Below are positions 61,500-64,000 of a DNA stretch of 64,000 nucleotides, piece by piece. The stretch is from Octopus sinensis. Its lineage: Eukaryota. The DNA lies in assembly GCF_006345805.1 (NCBI RefSeq), contig NW_021833274.1, positions 99,052-163,051 of the forward strand, read 5' to 3'. Each line of letters begins with the position of its first letter. Positions within the stretch are counted from its first letter, which is position 1. The notes beneath the pieces are model-generated. The model had not been told where the DNA came from. It was given only the letters and a program-made list of their open reading frames with translations, and made no database searches. Position numbers and translations under genes: made by a program.

Positions 61500-64000
61500 A
61501 AATATCCATTTAAAATTCCGATGTACCGAAAATGCAGCTGCTTTCAAGGCAGAGTTCTCGAAAGCCAAAATGTTTTTCGAAGGCCGCCATAAATTTGCCT
61601 CAGTAACTATGAAAGCCTCTGTCTTGATCCTAAAGAAAATCTTTCACTGGATCTCGAACAACGACCTCAACCTTAAATTCTCGAATCAGATATCAAGTTC
61701 GAAAGGTACTCTCGTAATCGAGCCGACATTCCGTTCGGAAAATTTTCGCTGGACTCCAGAACCGAGGCCAATATTCTCATCCGCTTTGGAATCACTGCGG
61801 GTTTAAGCCATATCCGTTGTGAATGGCACAACACTGCCCAAAATCGAAGCCAACCCCCAACGTCGCAGCTGCAAAAACATTAATTGCAACAACATTGGGC
61901 ACCTGGCGTGCTACGGTTGATGCCCATCTGCCAAAGCAGCAACAGCAGCCTAATTTAGGTATAGAAACGGAAACCCCCGGGATGCCGGTCACTGGACATA
62001 AAATGGGGCAGTTCCTTCACACCAGGAACCGGTTCATGCATGTTCTATCTTGAAAAACTCAAGTCCGCAACCTTACTATCATCGAGGACAAGTTATGTTA
62101 ATTCCATTCCCTCGGAGTGAAAACCGATTCCTTTTGGCTAAAAGTCGAATGCTTATATTCCAAAAACTCCTCCTCCTGCACCAGTTTGATCAATCACTTC
62201 TTCTTAAGTACAGCTCACTGTCTTCTCGTTGGAGACCTAAACTCGAAGCACAGGGCATTTGACTGTCGGACGACCAACCAGGATGGTCGTACACTGAATA
62301 AAGTCACTGACAAGCTCAGTGTATTTGTCAGGACCTCAGAAGTCCCGAACCACCACTTGCCCAACGGCTCAGACAACTTTTGCTTAAGTATCTGCACGTA
62401 CACTGTCGCCAACCTTATGAAAGAGCTCACAGTCCCTGATGATATTGGGACCCACCACCTACCAATGGAGGTAAAATTCACGCCTGAATTGAAAGGCAAG
62501 AACGCGAATTTACTTGGTTCTCTCTTTTGAAGATCAGCTGGCCGCAGAAGCTTCTTTCTACGCGACAACAGTATCAGGGTCCGCTACAACTCAGCCCTCG
62601 ATATTGACTCTGCGAGTAATGCAATAATCAAATTTATTCACCACTATCACACCAACTACGCAACCAAACTACGTGCTGGGCAGGCGGTGAAAACCAATCT
62701 GTGCGCGAAAGTGACTTGGAGAGAAAGCGCCTGAGAAACAAACTTAGACGCTGTGTGGACCCCTTTGATCGGACCACGCTCAAGGACATGGTCTCTAAAA
62801 TCAGTGGAAAAATAAATTTCAGGACAAAGGTGGACGCCGCCAGGAAATGGCAGAAGGCTTGTAAAAATTTTAACCACAAAAACCCAAACTTCTGGGACTG
62901 TTTTCACAAAGTGTCAAACCTCGCAGGAAAGTCCTCCCCGCCGAGGCTGCACAACCAATCCGGAATGCCTACCTCGCTGGAGGAGATTCCGAACATTTTC
63001 GCAGAATATTTGGCTGTAACCCAAAAGGCTTCTTAAGGGACGATGCAATTCTCAATGTCGAAGCCACTGTCGTGCCCATTGCCATCGGAACACTACCCAA
63101 TCACCACAAGAGAGGTGACCTGGGATATCCGTTCGTCTAAAGACAACGCACCGGGCCACGACAAGCTCCCTATGCCAGGAGTGTCAAACTCATTTCTTCC
63201 GCGGGCCGGATTAAAAAAATTTTAGGCTCCGCGGGCCAGACTATTTATTTTTGATTTAACAAAATTCATACTATGATTTTTAATTTATAATTTAAAATCA
63301 TTTAACAACACATTTATTAATTTTTATAATTAAAATATGTTCCAAAAACTTGACATCTTTTTTTCTTCATAATAGCGTCAATATCTGGAGTGAAATCCTG
63401 AGTTACCGTCAATCTTGGAATCTCACTTAGATGAGTGTGGGTGAGTCTTGATCGAAATTTTGTTTTGTTTATGTTCATTAAAGAGAAAAGTTGTTCACAT
63501 AGATATGTACTTCCAAACATTGACAAAATTTTTGCAGCTAAGGCTGTTAAGTTGGGATACTTCGGCAAGAGATATTTATAAAAGGTGTCTAAGCCCACCA
63601 TAGTAAATTTATTCTTCAGATCTGAGTCACATTTCAAATCAATAATTTCCAATTGTAAGTTAGCTGCAAGATGTGTAATATTTGCTGTGAATGGTGATCG
63701 AAAAACAGTAAATTCTTTTTCAAGTTCACGAAAAATTTCAAAACGTGTCTCAAACTGTTGAAGTAATCCTGTTATTTTCACTTTTTCACTTTCTTGTATT
63801 TTTATTTGGTGTTAAATAATAATTTTAGATTTTAAATACACTTTTAAACTTTTACCGCGGGCCATTTGAGATCGTCCGCGGGCCAGCTCTGGCCCGGGGG
63901 CCGTATCTTTGACACCCCCGCCCTATGCGCTTGTTTAATGAGGGATCCGAGGAATTACACAAGTTCCTGGCGCGACTGTTGTCGGCGAGTTTGAAATGGG
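61500..64000 (+). mobile_element. Jockey-like LINE relic (ORF1 end, APE, start of RT), interrupted by a hAT and running off the window
   Basis: APE motifs LLVGDLNSKH and DIGTHHLP. Removing the hAT and one TSD restores APGHDKLPMRLFNEGSEELHKFLARLL, the start of the RT region. Confidence 0.8.
63176..63920 (-). mobile_element. hAT SPIN/GTF2IRD2-like deletion derivative (same family as 43658-44568)
   Basis: TSD ccctatgc (63168-63175 / 63921-63928); TIRs as in the 43.7-kb copy; retains the C-terminal 154 aa (63317-63781). Confidence 0.92.

Overview
AT-rich eukaryotic (animal) DNA with ultra-short GT-AG spliceosomal introns. The 20 introns I delineated by hand are 23-32 nt, so the ORF track shreds or misses the real genes. 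Host genes I can support: SMG1 NMD kinase (minus, ~4.0-12.1 kb); a short PHF12-type FHA protein (minus, 25.6-26.4 kb); FCF1/UTP24 (plus, 30.9-31.7 kb); a tandem pair of innexins, one intact and one doubly frameshifted (41.4-47.8 kb); and an orphan secreted protein with a 55-aa tandem repeat (1.3-1.9 kb). Roughly half of the window is nested transposable elements: six hAT elements with exact 8-bp TSDs, a pogo/Tigger remnant, two near-identical non-autonomous Helitrons carrying a ~94-bp minisatellite, a near-complete R4/Dong-like RT-RLE retrotransposon, many CRE-like fragments and several Jockey/I-like LINE relics. Micro-introns plus spiralian-looking innexins suggest a dicyemid mesozoan or a similarly reduced parasite (inference, not verified). 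Most striking observation: two unrelated DNA transposases (Buster hAT and pogo) themselves carry host-sized 24-25 nt introns, and a retroelement has inserted exactly at the acceptor of one of them. Several frameshifts sit in homopolymer or dinucleotide runs and may be assembly errors. All alignments were done by eye; no database search was possible.
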